Both the position numbers and the translations under genes were made by a program. Below are positions 36,271 to 45,161 of a stretch of DNA of 52,016 nt, piece by piece. The stretch is from a virus (taxonomy: Duplodnaviria > Caudoviricetes), in the IMG/VR virus record IMGVR_UViG_3300011438_000014, positions 1-52,016 of that record, one strand, 5' to 3'. The number at the start of each line of letters is the position of its first letter. Positions within the stretch are counted from its first letter, which is position 1. Below the pieces are notes generated by a model that did no database searches, was not told the DNA's origin, and saw nothing but the letters and a program-made list of their open reading frames with translations.

Positions 36271-37066
36271 AAAGTTCCAAGGTTTGCGGCAGTAACCGCT
36301 TCATGGTGTCACCAACACTGCCAAGGTAAACCGCTCCATGACGGCGCGCTTTTTTTGCGATCTCCACCGCCTTGATCATCCTCCACCACATGTTCTTCGG
36401 ACGGGCTTCGATCGACCAGTACATGTGCGAATCTTTCTTGCACCAGAAAATCAATTTGGGGTCCATCAGATCATCAGCCGTGCCGCGCTCGATTAGTTTT
36501 TCGATGGTCGTTTGCAATAACTGCCTGTCTGAAAGTATCCTTTTTCCGCCTGACGTTTGCTTGCCCTGCTGCATGTGAAAGAGAAAGGATTTCCAGTTCG
36601 GCCGGTACGGCACAGCGTAGAGATCGCAGAACCCCATCGGCACCGGCCGCTGATGATTGAGCATCCATGACAGTCCATGTTTGCAGAACGACACCCAGAT
36701 GATTTCCGCCTTCACCGGGTCGTTGACGATGCCGGTGCGCGCATACTCGGTGATGAATTCGCTTCGATTCACTTCCGGGCTGGCACGGAACGTCATTGGC
36801 GGAATCGCGCGCCACACGATCTGCTGCTCGGGCTCAATCGCCGGCTGCGCCATCGCCATCAGCACCGGACGAAGAATCCACCATGTGCCATCACGGTACG
36901 ATCCCGCGCTGTTCAGTTTTGCTTCGAGTGCCTGGCGTTGAATGTTCAACAGTGGCAGTTCGGTGAAGACCGTCACCGCAGCCACGTCGGTTTGCTCCGG
37001 CCACCCCACTGCGATCGGCAGCGACCACGCTTCCTCGTTGACCATCCATGTCTCCATTCTGCTCAT
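35936..37066 (-). CDS. Hypothetical protein (Trp-rich)
   Basis: Long ORF (open from 37144; start uncertain) heading the leftward operon. Confidence 0.65.
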   Translation of the reverse strand: MSRMETWMVNEEAWSLPIAVGWPEQTDVAAVTVFTELPLLNIQRQALEAKLNSAGSYRDGTWWILRPVLMAMAQPAIEPEQQIVWRAIPPMTFRASPEVNRSEFITEYARTGIVNDPVKAEIIWVSFCKHGLSWMLNHQRPVPMGFCDLYAVPYRPNWKSFLFHMQQGKQTSGGKRILSDRQLLQTTIEKLIERGTADDLMDPKLIFWCKKDSHMYWSIEARPKNMWWRMIKAVEIAKKARRHGAVYLGSVGDTMKRLLPQTLELYASYLQQVTQPFVRLATATRRSHGKFARASRGFLARAGFSRSESAAYRGRRETGVVLDDVSSAAFVSTLSNLQREKLAMRDAREDLARPVAHVGDGDSQNGIPHLQDRAPS

Positions 37067-37236
37067 TCGATACCCTGTCCGGGGTTGTGGACACAAATCT
37101 ATTTCGCTTGATTGCCAGTCTGCATTGGAGTAATCACGCCCCACGACAAGAACACGACCTGAAATGAATTAAAGAGAGCGCTGCGCGTTCCGCACTTCCT
37201 GCCGTGGGATTCTTGCCGAAGAAAGGTACAAACAAA

Positions 37237-38004
37237 GTGAGTAGGGCAAATCCAAATGCAGGCGTAACGAACCCAAGTTCGAGGTGGTTTGAATGGCGAG
37301 GCGGTGAAGGTGTCATCCAGTGGTACGACAAAGACCTGGCCGCAAAGAGCAAAGATAAAAAAGCGGGCAACGTGGTCATCAAGGTGGATGCTAAGCACCC
37401 GTTCCGCTTCATCGTGCTGGACGTTCTTGCCAGCGTGAAAGGCTACAACAAGAAGCGCAAGAGCGGCATCTACAGCAATGAGGTCCGCGACACCCGCAGT
37501 GATCCTTTCATCGTGAAGTTCTTCGATGGCGACACCATCGCAGAAGGGGTTTGGGCCGACATCAAAGACAAAGTGGTCGCCAACAAAGGCGGGTTCTGCG
37601 CGGTGTGCTACATCGCGTTCAAGGACGGTGATGAACTCAAGATTGGGGCCATCCAGTTGAAGGGTTGCGCCCTTGGTCCGTGGTTCGACTTCCAGAAGAA
37701 GCACCGGAACGACATCGACACCAAGGGAGTGGCCATTGTCGGCTCCGAAGACGACACCACGGGAGATGTGGAATTCAAAAAGCCGATCTTCGTCGTGGTG
37801 GAAATCTCGCCTGAGACAAACGTGAAGGCTGGAGAACTCGCCAAAGAACTGGCCGCGTTCCACGCCGCCTACTTCTCACGCACGACTGTTGCGCGCACGG
37901 AGAAGGACACAGCCAGTCAGCCGGATGCTGGCGACGATGAACCTCCGACGGATCGGGAACCTGACGAACCGCCCGCGGATGACGAAGACTCGGTTCCGTT
38001 TTAA
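37237..38004 (+). CDS. Phage single-stranded DNA-binding protein
   Basis: GTG after AAAGGT; beta-rich core and an acidic tail ending DDEDSVPF. Confidence 0.7.
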   Translation: MSRANPNAGVTNPSSRWFEWRGGEGVIQWYDKDLAAKSKDKKAGNVVIKVDAKHPFRFIVLDVLASVKGYNKKRKSGIYSNEVRDTRSDPFIVKFFDGDTIAEGVWADIKDKVVANKGGFCAVCYIAFKDGDELKIGAIQLKGCALGPWFDFQKKHRNDIDTKGVAIVGSEDDTTGDVEFKKPIFVVVEISPETNVKAGELAKELAAFHAAYFSRTTVARTEKDTASQPDAGDDEPPTDREPDEPPADDEDSVPF

Positions 38005-38028
38005 TCTTTACTGTTTCCGTTTTGGATT

Positions 38029-38919
38029 ATGAATATCGAAAAGTTCCTCAAGGAAACCATCGCCCTTCCGCCGCAGTTCGGGGTCACGGAAGATGCGGAA
38101 ACAAAGCGCAACGAACTCATCACCACCAGCGCTCAATACAAAGTCGCCACCACTCCCACCGAGGCCAACTCCCTGGGGGAAGCAGCACGCGACATCCAAA
38201 CATTCATCCGCGATGTGGAAAGCCTTGGGCTATCCCTGCGCCAACCACTCAACGCCGCCTCGAAACAGATCAAGGCGGTCGAGGATGATTACCTTGCCCC
38301 ACTGCGCGCAGAGAAGGAACGCTGTGAACGCATTACCGGCAATTACTTCGCCGCGGAGAGACGGCGGGTCGCGAAAGAGAACCGGTTGCGCCAGTTGGAA
38401 ATTCAATGGCTCGAACAGGCCCGCCTCGACGCTGAACGTAAAGCCAACGAAGAGCGGGAACGGGTCGCGCGCGAGAATCGTAAGGCAGAAGAACGGGCTC
38501 GGGCAACCGAAGCCAAGATCACGAACGCCAAACAACTGGAGGCTGCCATCAAGGCTGAGGCTGCCCGCAAAGAGGCGGCTGAGAAAGCCCGGCTCGAAGC
38601 CGAAGCGCTGGCCGAACAAGCCCGCAAAGCATCCGAGGCGGCACAGGCGGCTATCCGGGCGCCGCTCCCGGAAGTTCACAAGGTCGGTGGCGTCGTCACT
38701 CGCCGGGTGATGAGGTGGGAAGTCACCGACCTGAAAGCGCTGGTGAAAGCACGGCCGGAGCTTTGCAAGATCGAGGCCAAACCGTCGGCGATTCAATCGA
38801 CCTGCGTCCCTCGCTTCCTCAAGGATTCGGACGAAGTGGACACAACTTCTGTCCAAGGTTTGAAACTCTGGTGGGAAGACGACACTTCGACCAAGCGTTG
38901 GGGTAGTGGTACAGTTTGA
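38029..38919 (+). CDS. Coiled-coil protein of the recombination/replication module
   Basis: Long Ala/Glu/Arg coiled coil and C-terminal WEVTD...VQGLKLW. Confidence 0.65.
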   Translation: MNIEKFLKETIALPPQFGVTEDAETKRNELITTSAQYKVATTPTEANSLGEAARDIQTFIRDVESLGLSLRQPLNAASKQIKAVEDDYLAPLRAEKERCERITGNYFAAERRRVAKENRLRQLEIQWLEQARLDAERKANEERERVARENRKAEERARATEAKITNAKQLEAAIKAEAARKEAAEKARLEAEALAEQARKASEAAQAAIRAPLPEVHKVGGVVTRRVMRWEVTDLKALVKARPELCKIEAKPSAIQSTCVPRFLKDSDEVDTTSVQGLKLWWEDDTSTKRWGSGTV

Positions 38920-39028
38920 ATCGCCGTCCTGAGATTTCGCCCGCAAAATTTGGAATTACGATACGCCGAACGCTGGAGGCGTAGTCGATCAAGCAGTATC
39001 CAGCATAACCAAAACGAAAGGTTAGATC

Positions 39029-39385
39029 ATGGCCCGGTCAATCAAAAAACACATCAAAGCAATCGTTGAGCAATTGGAGGTTCTGCTCATCGATCACACC
39101 AAAGACTTGGCACGAATGATTCAGGAATCCGAATCGGAATCCATCACCGTGCCGCTGTCTCTGTTCATCAGCGACGCACCGGGCACTCAACGTGTCTCGG
39201 CTACGATGACCCTCACCACAAAGGAGGTCTTCAAATGCGCCATTGACATTGACACCGGCCAGGAGGTGCTGCCGCTCAAGGATGAGTGGGTCAAGAAGAC
39301 CAGCCTGAAGGCCAAGCAGCAGGAGAACGCCCGCAAAGCAAAGCTCGAAAAGGCTTTGGCAGCCAAAGCCGACGCCCCGAAGTAA
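39029..39385 (+). CDS. Hypothetical protein
   Basis: 118 aa with SD AAAGG. Confidence 0.7.
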   Translation: MARSIKKHIKAIVEQLEVLLIDHTKDLARMIQESESESITVPLSLFISDAPGTQRVSATMTLTTKEVFKCAIDIDTGQEVLPLKDEWVKKTSLKAKQQENARKAKLEKALAAKADAPK

Positions 39386-39458
39386 AACTTCGTTGACGGG
39401 AACGCGCCGGGTCACTACAACTCGGCGTGTTCCCAATGGCCTTGGCGGGCCAAGCACG

Positions 39459-39578
39459 ATGAAATTCATCAACAACTTCGACAAGAACCCACTCAGGGAA
39501 AAGAGCTTCTCACTGTGCATCAGCATGGTGTCGTGCGCTCCCGCCACCCTGAAGTGGGTTCCTTTCGAGGTTGTATGA
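39459..39578 (+). CDS. Putative leader peptide (39 aa) translationally coupled to the initiator gene
   Basis: ATG 39459 to TGA overlapping ATG 39575 (ATGA); embedded in complementary segments. Confidence 0.5.
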   Translation: MKFINNFDKNPLREKSFSLCISMVSCAPATLKWVPFEVV

Positions 39579-40387
39579 AGAAAATATCGGCTCCGACCTA
39601 CACGCAGATCCCAAACTCCATTCTGGACGATCTTGGTTCTTTTGAGGAAGTAGAACTCACGGTCATTCTGTTCATCTGCCGCCAGACCTTCGGTTGGCAT
39701 AAAACCAAAGCCCGCATCACTCTGGAACGCCTCATTTCCGGGACCGGGCGCAGCAATGGGCAAATCAACGTCGCCATCACCAAACTTGTGAAGGAAGGAC
39801 TCATCAAAAAAACAGCATCCCACCGTGATGGAAATGAGTACGAAATCGTTTTGGAGCAGGGAGAACCAGTTCTCCAACCACCGGAGAACAGTTCTCCAAC
39901 CACCGGAGAACAGTTCTCCAACCACCGGAGAACAGTTCTCCAACCACCGGAGAACCCTAATAAGGAAAGAAAGTACTCAAATAAAAGAAGTACCGAACCT
40001 GACGGTTCGGAGAACAAGCGGAGAAAAACCTGTACGCCTGGGGAAGTACCGCTGAACTCTCATAAGCAGTTCGTAAAAGAGTGGGCAGAAAAGTACCCCC
40101 AATGGCACCGCGGAGAGAAATACATCTTCGTCGGCGCCAAAGACGGGGCCGCCGTTAAACGCCTGTTTTCGTCCGACCCTCCGATGCCGGTTGACCACTT
40201 GATTCGGATTGCTGTGGCGGCGTGGCAGCGCACCGACCTGTTCAACTGCAGGCAGGCTTCATCTATCAGTGGGTTCGTTTCGCGCATCAATGACATCCGA
40301 GCCGAACTCAACAGCACCCGGAATGGCAAAAATGTGGATCACAACCAGATGCAGGAAAAAACCAAGATCAACGTGAGGATTGAATGA
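39575..40387 (+). CDS. Replication initiator, lambda O-like
   Basis: YTQIPNSILD...VILFICRQTFGWHK winged-helix N-terminus; internal iterons; followed by a DnaC-like gene. Confidence 0.85.
   Translation: MKKISAPTYTQIPNSILDDLGSFEEVELTVILFICRQTFGWHKTKARITLERLISGTGRSNGQINVAITKLVKEGLIKKTASHRDGNEYEIVLEQGEPVLQPPENSSPTTGEQFSNHRRTVLQPPENPNKERKYSNKRSTEPDGSENKRRKTCTPGEVPLNSHKQFVKEWAEKYPQWHRGEKYIFVGAKDGAAVKRLFSSDPPMPVDHLIRIAVAAWQRTDLFNCRQASSISGFVSRINDIRAELNSTRNGKNVDHNQMQEKTKINVRIE
39867..39954 (+). repeat. Replication origin iterons: 4 x 22 bp CAGTTCTCCAACCACCGGAGAA
   Basis: Four perfect tandem copies, each with internal dyad TTCTCC/GGAGAA, followed by an A-rich tract, inside the initiator gene as in lambda ori. 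Confidence 0.9.
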
Positions 40388-41070
40388 ACATCACCCCCAA
40401 AACACCGGAACAATTAGCCGAAGAAAAACTTTTCAAAGATCGGCGACACCAACAGGAAGTTCAGGATCTTCGCAAAAACTGGAATGCTCCCGTCCGTCAT
40501 GCCCAACGATGCCCTGAAATGGTTTCTGAATGGGGCGTCGTGTTTGAGAAGCTGAAGGCATTGATCGAGCCATCCAAAGGGCGAACGATTGCGCTGGTCG
40601 GAGGGAGAGGGAGTGGCAAAACCCAGATGGCGGTGGAAGCGATGAAGTTCAAAACCAACCTGTTGAAATCCGCCTTGTTCACCACTTCGGTTGACCTGAT
40701 CACCGAATTCCAGGACTGCATGGGGCCAAAGGCTGTCTGCACCCGCATGGAGGTAATTCGTAAATACCGGGAGCAAAATCTGTTGGTGCTCGACGAAAGC
40801 GGAAAGCGCGGTGAGACAGTCTGGGAGAACTCGGTCATTTTCGGGTTGCTGAATCACCGCTACAACGACCTCACGGACACGATCATTATCGACAACCGGG
40901 CACCTGAAGAATTCATGGCATCCATCGGTGATTCCTTGGTGAGCCGGATAAGTGAAGGTGGAGCTATCTTCGATTTCAAGTGGGAAACCTTTCGTGATTC
41001 CGCATTAGATCCGATGGATGCTCCCGCAGGCGCCGGTAAATCCTCATCCAAACCACCACTGAACCTATGA
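40384..41070 (+). CDS. DnaC/IstB-like AAA+ helicase loader
   Basis: Walker A GGRGSGKT, Walker B LLVLDE, LNHRY..TIII and SRI. Confidence 0.85.
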   Translation: MNITPKTPEQLAEEKLFKDRRHQQEVQDLRKNWNAPVRHAQRCPEMVSEWGVVFEKLKALIEPSKGRTIALVGGRGSGKTQMAVEAMKFKTNLLKSALFTTSVDLITEFQDCMGPKAVCTRMEVIRKYREQNLLVLDESGKRGETVWENSVIFGLLNHRYNDLTDTIIIDNRAPEEFMASIGDSLVSRISEGGAIFDFKWETFRDSALDPMDAPAGAGKSSSKPPLNL

Positions 41071-41354
41071 ACTCTTGCGAACACCCTGAATCTGAATTCG
41101 TGCCCACCCCTGAACTGATTCACCACGGCAAAAACGTGTGCGTTCAGTGCGGAGCATTCCTTGGCTGGGCGAAGAAGCCCGAGACGATTGAGAAGGAGAA
41201 GCGGAACGCCGCCATCTTGGCCATGCTCGAGACGCAACGGTTGACTGAGTGGGAAAAGGGGTTCGTTCTTTCGTTGGAGAAGCAGGGAAGGCATTTCTCG
41301 CCCAAGCAACAAGAAACTCTCGACAACATCAATCTGCGCTATGGCTACACCTGA
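41067..41354 (+). CDS. Small zinc-ribbon hypothetical protein
   Basis: HHGK..CVQCG.FLGW; LTEWEKGFV.SL...SPKQ. Confidence 0.7.
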   Translation: MNSCEHPESEFVPTPELIHHGKNVCVQCGAFLGWAKKPETIEKEKRNAAILAMLETQRLTEWEKGFVLSLEKQGRHFSPKQQETLDNINLRYGYT

Positions 41355-43206
41355 AGCCCCGTACATCCCGCAGAAAACTTTGGATGAACTGCACTCCAGT
41401 CACCCTGAAGGCACCCGGCACGCCGCGATGATCAAGATCGCGATGGCGCTTTTAGGGAATGGTTTTTCCGACCAAGCGGTGTTCGCGGAACTGCGGGCCA
41501 AGTTCGATGCGGAAAAAACCGACAAGGAAATCCGCGCTGTGATTTCGTGGTGCAGCGAGAAACACCCGACACCATCTGGGTTCGGAGCCAAGACCAACGG
41601 TCATCCTCCGAAGAAAATCCATTACGAAAAGAAAACCCGACCGGCATCAGCACCCGAGAACACCGACCAGTCCGCCGACCAGAAGGTCGATTGGTATTTG
41701 AACGGAAACACGACATCACTCGAACAGTGGAAGCAGCGCAGCAAGGTTTACTGGAGTGGCGACATGTCATCGGTCGCGTTCGAGAACCTGTACGCGCCCG
41801 ATGACAACATCAACATCGTGTGCCAGTTCACGGTCAGCGAAAAAGGAAAAGCGAATCCCAAGGGCGGTGGTAAAACTCTAGCGCGCGACGAGTGGGTGAA
41901 GTGGTTCAAAACGAAAGGCATTCCGCGCTCCGAGGCTGGCGCGTGGATTCGCATGAACCCCTGCTCGGACACGGGCACCGGCAAAGGTGGCGCCATCCAG
42001 GATTGCGACATCCAATCCTTTCGCTACCTGCTGCTTGAAAGCGACGTGCTCTCAGTCGAGCGCCAACTTTCACTTTACGCCCGGTTGAAATTGCCTATTG
42101 CCGCCCTGCTTTCCAGTGGTGCCAAAAGCATTCATGCCTGGATCAAAATCGCCGCGGCCACCAGTGAGGCTTACACCGAGAACGTCCTGAGAATTCTTTC
42201 GGCCCTGAAGCCGTTTGGGTTCGACCAGAGCAACAAGAACCCTTCGCGCCTGTCACGCCTGCCAGGAGCCAAGCGCGGTATCGGAGCGGTCGGAGACGGG
42301 TTGCAGCAACTCATTTACCTGAATCCCGCCCCGGAAATTGTTTTAGATGACGAGGCGCTGACTCGGTTTGAAATATCACTTACTGTTCCCATCCCTGACT
42401 GCAAACCCCTGAAGAAGCTGGCTCGTGAAACGCGCGCCCGCTACGAGGACATGCACGCTAACCAAGGAAAACTCGGAGTGCGGGTCGGCATCAGGGATTG
42501 GGATCGGGATACTGGTGGGTTCAAAGGGAAGCAGATGACAGTGCTGGCGGCTGGAACCGGAGCCGGCAAAAGCAGCATGGCCCTGAACCTGATCAACGGC
42601 GCCCTGAAAACCGGCCACGGCGTTGCGTTGTTCACTTTGGAAATGGACCGGGAAGAAATCTTCGACCTGCTTCTGTCCATGAATCACCGCATCAATCGCA
42701 ACTTGTTCAACACGGGCTGCTTTGAGGTCGATGACGTGGAACGAATCGATCAAGGGCTGGCCGCGCTGGAAGATAAACCTCTCTGGATTTATGACGAAGC
42801 GATGCAGACCGTCGAGTCAATCGGTGATCGCATCAAAGCGTTGATTGGGCAGATTGGACTCGTCGTCATCGACTACGTGCAGATTGTGACCCCGGATGAT
42901 CAATGCGCTCCACGGGAGCAGCAGGTGGCAGACATTGCCCAAGGCTTTCGGATTCTTGCCAAGGACACCAATCTTCCGTTCATCATTCTTTCCCAGGTTA
43001 GCGACGATGGAAAATTACGCGAGTCACGAGTGGTTGGTCATGCGGCCCACACTGTTCTCATGTTGGAACTCGATGATGAGAATGATGAGAAAGCCCTTTT
43101 GAAAGTGGTGAAAGGAAGGCGCATCCCAAAACGAAAATATCACCTGCGCTACGAACCTGAGTACTGCATCATTGGCGATGAACCACTGACTGATTTACCA
43201 TTGTAG
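41341..43206 (+). CDS. Primase-helicase fusion (PriCT-like, AEP/RepB-like primase and DnaB-like SF4 helicase)
   Basis: LLESD, SGAKSIHAW and NPSRLSRLPG (primase); AGTGAGKS, FTLEM, IDYVQ, LSQ and LRES (DnaB). Confidence 0.85.
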   Translation: MATPEAPYIPQKTLDELHSSHPEGTRHAAMIKIAMALLGNGFSDQAVFAELRAKFDAEKTDKEIRAVISWCSEKHPTPSGFGAKTNGHPPKKIHYEKKTRPASAPENTDQSADQKVDWYLNGNTTSLEQWKQRSKVYWSGDMSSVAFENLYAPDDNINIVCQFTVSEKGKANPKGGGKTLARDEWVKWFKTKGIPRSEAGAWIRMNPCSDTGTGKGGAIQDCDIQSFRYLLLESDVLSVERQLSLYARLKLPIAALLSSGAKSIHAWIKIAAATSEAYTENVLRILSALKPFGFDQSNKNPSRLSRLPGAKRGIGAVGDGLQQLIYLNPAPEIVLDDEALTRFEISLTVPIPDCKPLKKLARETRARYEDMHANQGKLGVRVGIRDWDRDTGGFKGKQMTVLAAGTGAGKSSMALNLINGALKTGHGVALFTLEMDREEIFDLLLSMNHRINRNLFNTGCFEVDDVERIDQGLAALEDKPLWIYDEAMQTVESIGDRIKALIGQIGLVVIDYVQIVTPDDQCAPREQQVADIAQGFRILAKDTNLPFIILSQVSDDGKLRESRVVGHAAHTVLMLELDDENDEKALLKVVKGRRIPKRKYHLRYEPEYCIIGDEPLTDLPL

Positions 43207-43245
43207 TTGACCTCCGCTGCCATTTCGCTACAAAAGCAGCACGAC

Positions 43246-43779
43246 ATGAATCACGACACGGCCACTCGTTACGAAAATTTCGTCCGCAAGCTGGTGGGCA
43301 GCTACACCGAGCACCCCGACATCCTCCAGGTCACAGCCCGTGAACGCGCCGGCACGGTGGCGGTCGTCATCACGCCGGCCCCAACCGATTTTGGGAAGGT
43401 GCTGGGCAAACAGCGCAAGGCTTTAACGGCTTTGGAAGTGTTGCTCTGCTGCATGGCCAACCTCGAAGGGGATCGTATCTCCGTGCAACTGATTGAGCCC
43501 GAGAACCGGATGAACAACCGGCGCGTACCGGAGATTCTGAATCCGCGATGGAGTGATGCTGATGACAAGGAGATGGCAGGGCTGCTTTCGGAAGTTCTCG
43601 ACAAGACCCTGCGGCTTGACGCCGAAATCGTGATCAAGCCGATGTCGGGTGAGACGATGCTGACGATCGTGCCACAAAGCCATGTTCCACCGGACGTGAT
43701 CGGAGCGCTGCACACAATCTTTCGCGCGGTGGGTGCGACAAAAGGAAGGCGCCTGGTCGTGAACGCAAGGACGCAATGA
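43246..43779 (+). CDS. KhpA-like RNA-binding protein with tandem KH-type domains
   Basis: LVGSYTEHPD.LQV...DFGKVLGKQRKALTAL matches the KhpA/YlqC pattern; the second half repeats the fold without the GxxG loop. Confidence 0.75.
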   Translation: MNHDTATRYENFVRKLVGSYTEHPDILQVTARERAGTVAVVITPAPTDFGKVLGKQRKALTALEVLLCCMANLEGDRISVQLIEPENRMNNRRVPEILNPRWSDADDKEMAGLLSEVLDKTLRLDAEIVIKPMSGETMLTIVPQSHVPPDVIGALHTIFRAVGATKGRRLVVNARTQ

Positions 43780-43805
43780 ACACACAACAAAAGGATATTC
43801 AGTGA
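43776..43805 (+). other. 9-codon bridging minigene (MNTQQKDIQ)
   Basis: ATGA overlap with the upstream stop and GTGA overlap with the downstream start. Confidence 0.5.
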
Positions 43806-44074
43806 TTACCCGTTTGAACGCATTTGCCACCAGTGACAACCAAACCTTCGCCAACCTAGATGCCGCCATCGGGCATGAGCTTTCACTGATATTCCCGGAC
43901 AGCGCATACCCACCGCCGACGGTGGAAACGATTCTCAAGAACCGGGACAAGATCGTCGATTTGCTCACCACGACGCCAACGAGCAAAACCAAAGCTCGCC
44001 GCGTGAACGGCGGAACGAAGAAGCGCAAAGCCAAGACTGACAACACGCCGGAACTGCCGGTCACGACGCCATGA
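43802..44074 (+). CDS. Hypothetical protein
   Basis: 90 aa, coupled GTG start. Confidence 0.65.
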   Translation: MITRLNAFATSDNQTFANLDAAIGHELSLIFPDSAYPPPTVETILKNRDKIVDLLTTTPTSKTKARRVNGGTKKRKAKTDNTPELPVTTP

Positions 44075-44077
44075 TGC

Positions 44078-44401
44078 GTGAACTCAGGCTCAAAACTGAT
44101 TCCAGTTCCACTGGAGCACAAGGACAAGGGATGGAAAATCCACTGGCTGAAAGTCACCCCGCTGGCCCACGAAGGCATTGCACGCTTCAAAGTGCAGAGC
44201 GAGCATGGCAGTTCGCTTTACCTGGTAGATCTTCAGTCGGATCAAGGCACGGGGCGCTGCGGTTGTCCGAATTTTTCCATCGGTCGCGCCAAAGATCCTT
44301 TGCACTCTTGCAAACACTGCAAAGCCGTGCGCATTTATCTGGGTGAAGAACTGGTGGAAAGCTGGCTCCAAACACGACACGAACACGACAAAACACAGTA
44401 A
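44078..44401 (+). CDS. SWIM zinc-finger protein
   Basis: FKVQS...YLVDL...CGCPNF...CKH. Confidence 0.75.
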   Translation: MNSGSKLIPVPLEHKDKGWKIHWLKVTPLAHEGIARFKVQSEHGSSLYLVDLQSDQGTGRCGCPNFSIGRAKDPLHSCKHCKAVRIYLGEELVESWLQTRHEHDKTQ

Positions 44402-44408
44402 GGAAAAC

Positions 44409-45161
44409 ATGAATGCGATAGAAAAACAAAACACCAACACGGCCCTTGTGCCAACGTGCCAGGACATTGAAGTCACGGCAATTGAGCCGGGGGAAATGCT
44501 GCCGGCACAGTATCAACTCATCGACTGGTGCAGGCGAAAATGTGCGGCGCTGAAGATTGAGAAGAAGGAACTCACAGACGCCTTCGATCACGCCATTGTC
44601 CACAAATGGAAAGGTGCCACGCTGAAAGCGCACGCGGATCGTATCGCCAAACGCATCACGTTCTACGGCAAGATTGGTGCGGCCTTGGAGGCTGGCTACT
44701 GCATCGTGCCGAACTTCCCCGTGTCGCTGTTCGCGATTCGGACTGACCGGGATAAACCACTCAAGATGATGGTGACTTCGCAATGGGGTAGCTACAACCA
44801 TGACCAACCCGCTGATGGTGCGCCAATTGGAGAAGGTGAATACAAGAACCCATCACCAGTGGTGTTTGAGAAACCTGTCACTGTTATCGTGAACGGCAAA
44901 GAGGTTCAGAAGAGACAGTATTGGGCCGAAGACTTTGAAGCCGTGGACTTCCCGATCCAGATGGCCAAGCCGAAAATTATGGAGGCTACCACACGCGCAA
45001 TGGCGCTGAACATCTTCGACGAGTTCGGTATTCTGCCTTCTGCCAGGAACAAAGATCCACTCATCGTTGGCCGTGTAAAACTCGCTGGTGCTTACAGGCA
45101 CGGTGAAGACGGCCGAGTGACGTTCATGGTGGCGTGGCACTTGAACACCGCGATGCTGTAA
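44409..45161 (+). CDS. Hypothetical protein
   Basis: 250 aa with SD AAGGA. Confidence 0.75.
   Translation: MNAIEKQNTNTALVPTCQDIEVTAIEPGEMLPAQYQLIDWCRRKCAALKIEKKELTDAFDHAIVHKWKGATLKAHADRIAKRITFYGKIGAALEAGYCIVPNFPVSLFAIRTDRDKPLKMMVTSQWGSYNHDQPADGAPIGEGEYKNPSPVVFEKPVTVIVNGKEVQKRQYWAEDFEAVDFPIQMAKPKIMEATTRAMALNIFDEFGILPSARNKDPLIVGRVKLAGAYRHGEDGRVTFMVAWHLNTAML

Noticed and set aside
37099-39943. Long minus-strand ORFs (254, 238 and 301 aa)
   Set aside because: Antisense to the SSB, coiled-coil and initiator genes; one is open partly because of the iteron repeats.
39867-39954. 22-bp direct repeats as a CRISPR array
   Set aside because: The repeats abut with no spacers, no cas genes are present, and they lie inside the initiator gene, which fits iterons.
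44071-44346. 91-aa ORF overlapping the SWIM gene
   Set aside because: It has a coupled ATG but no motif, whereas the alternative frame has a clear SWIM signature.
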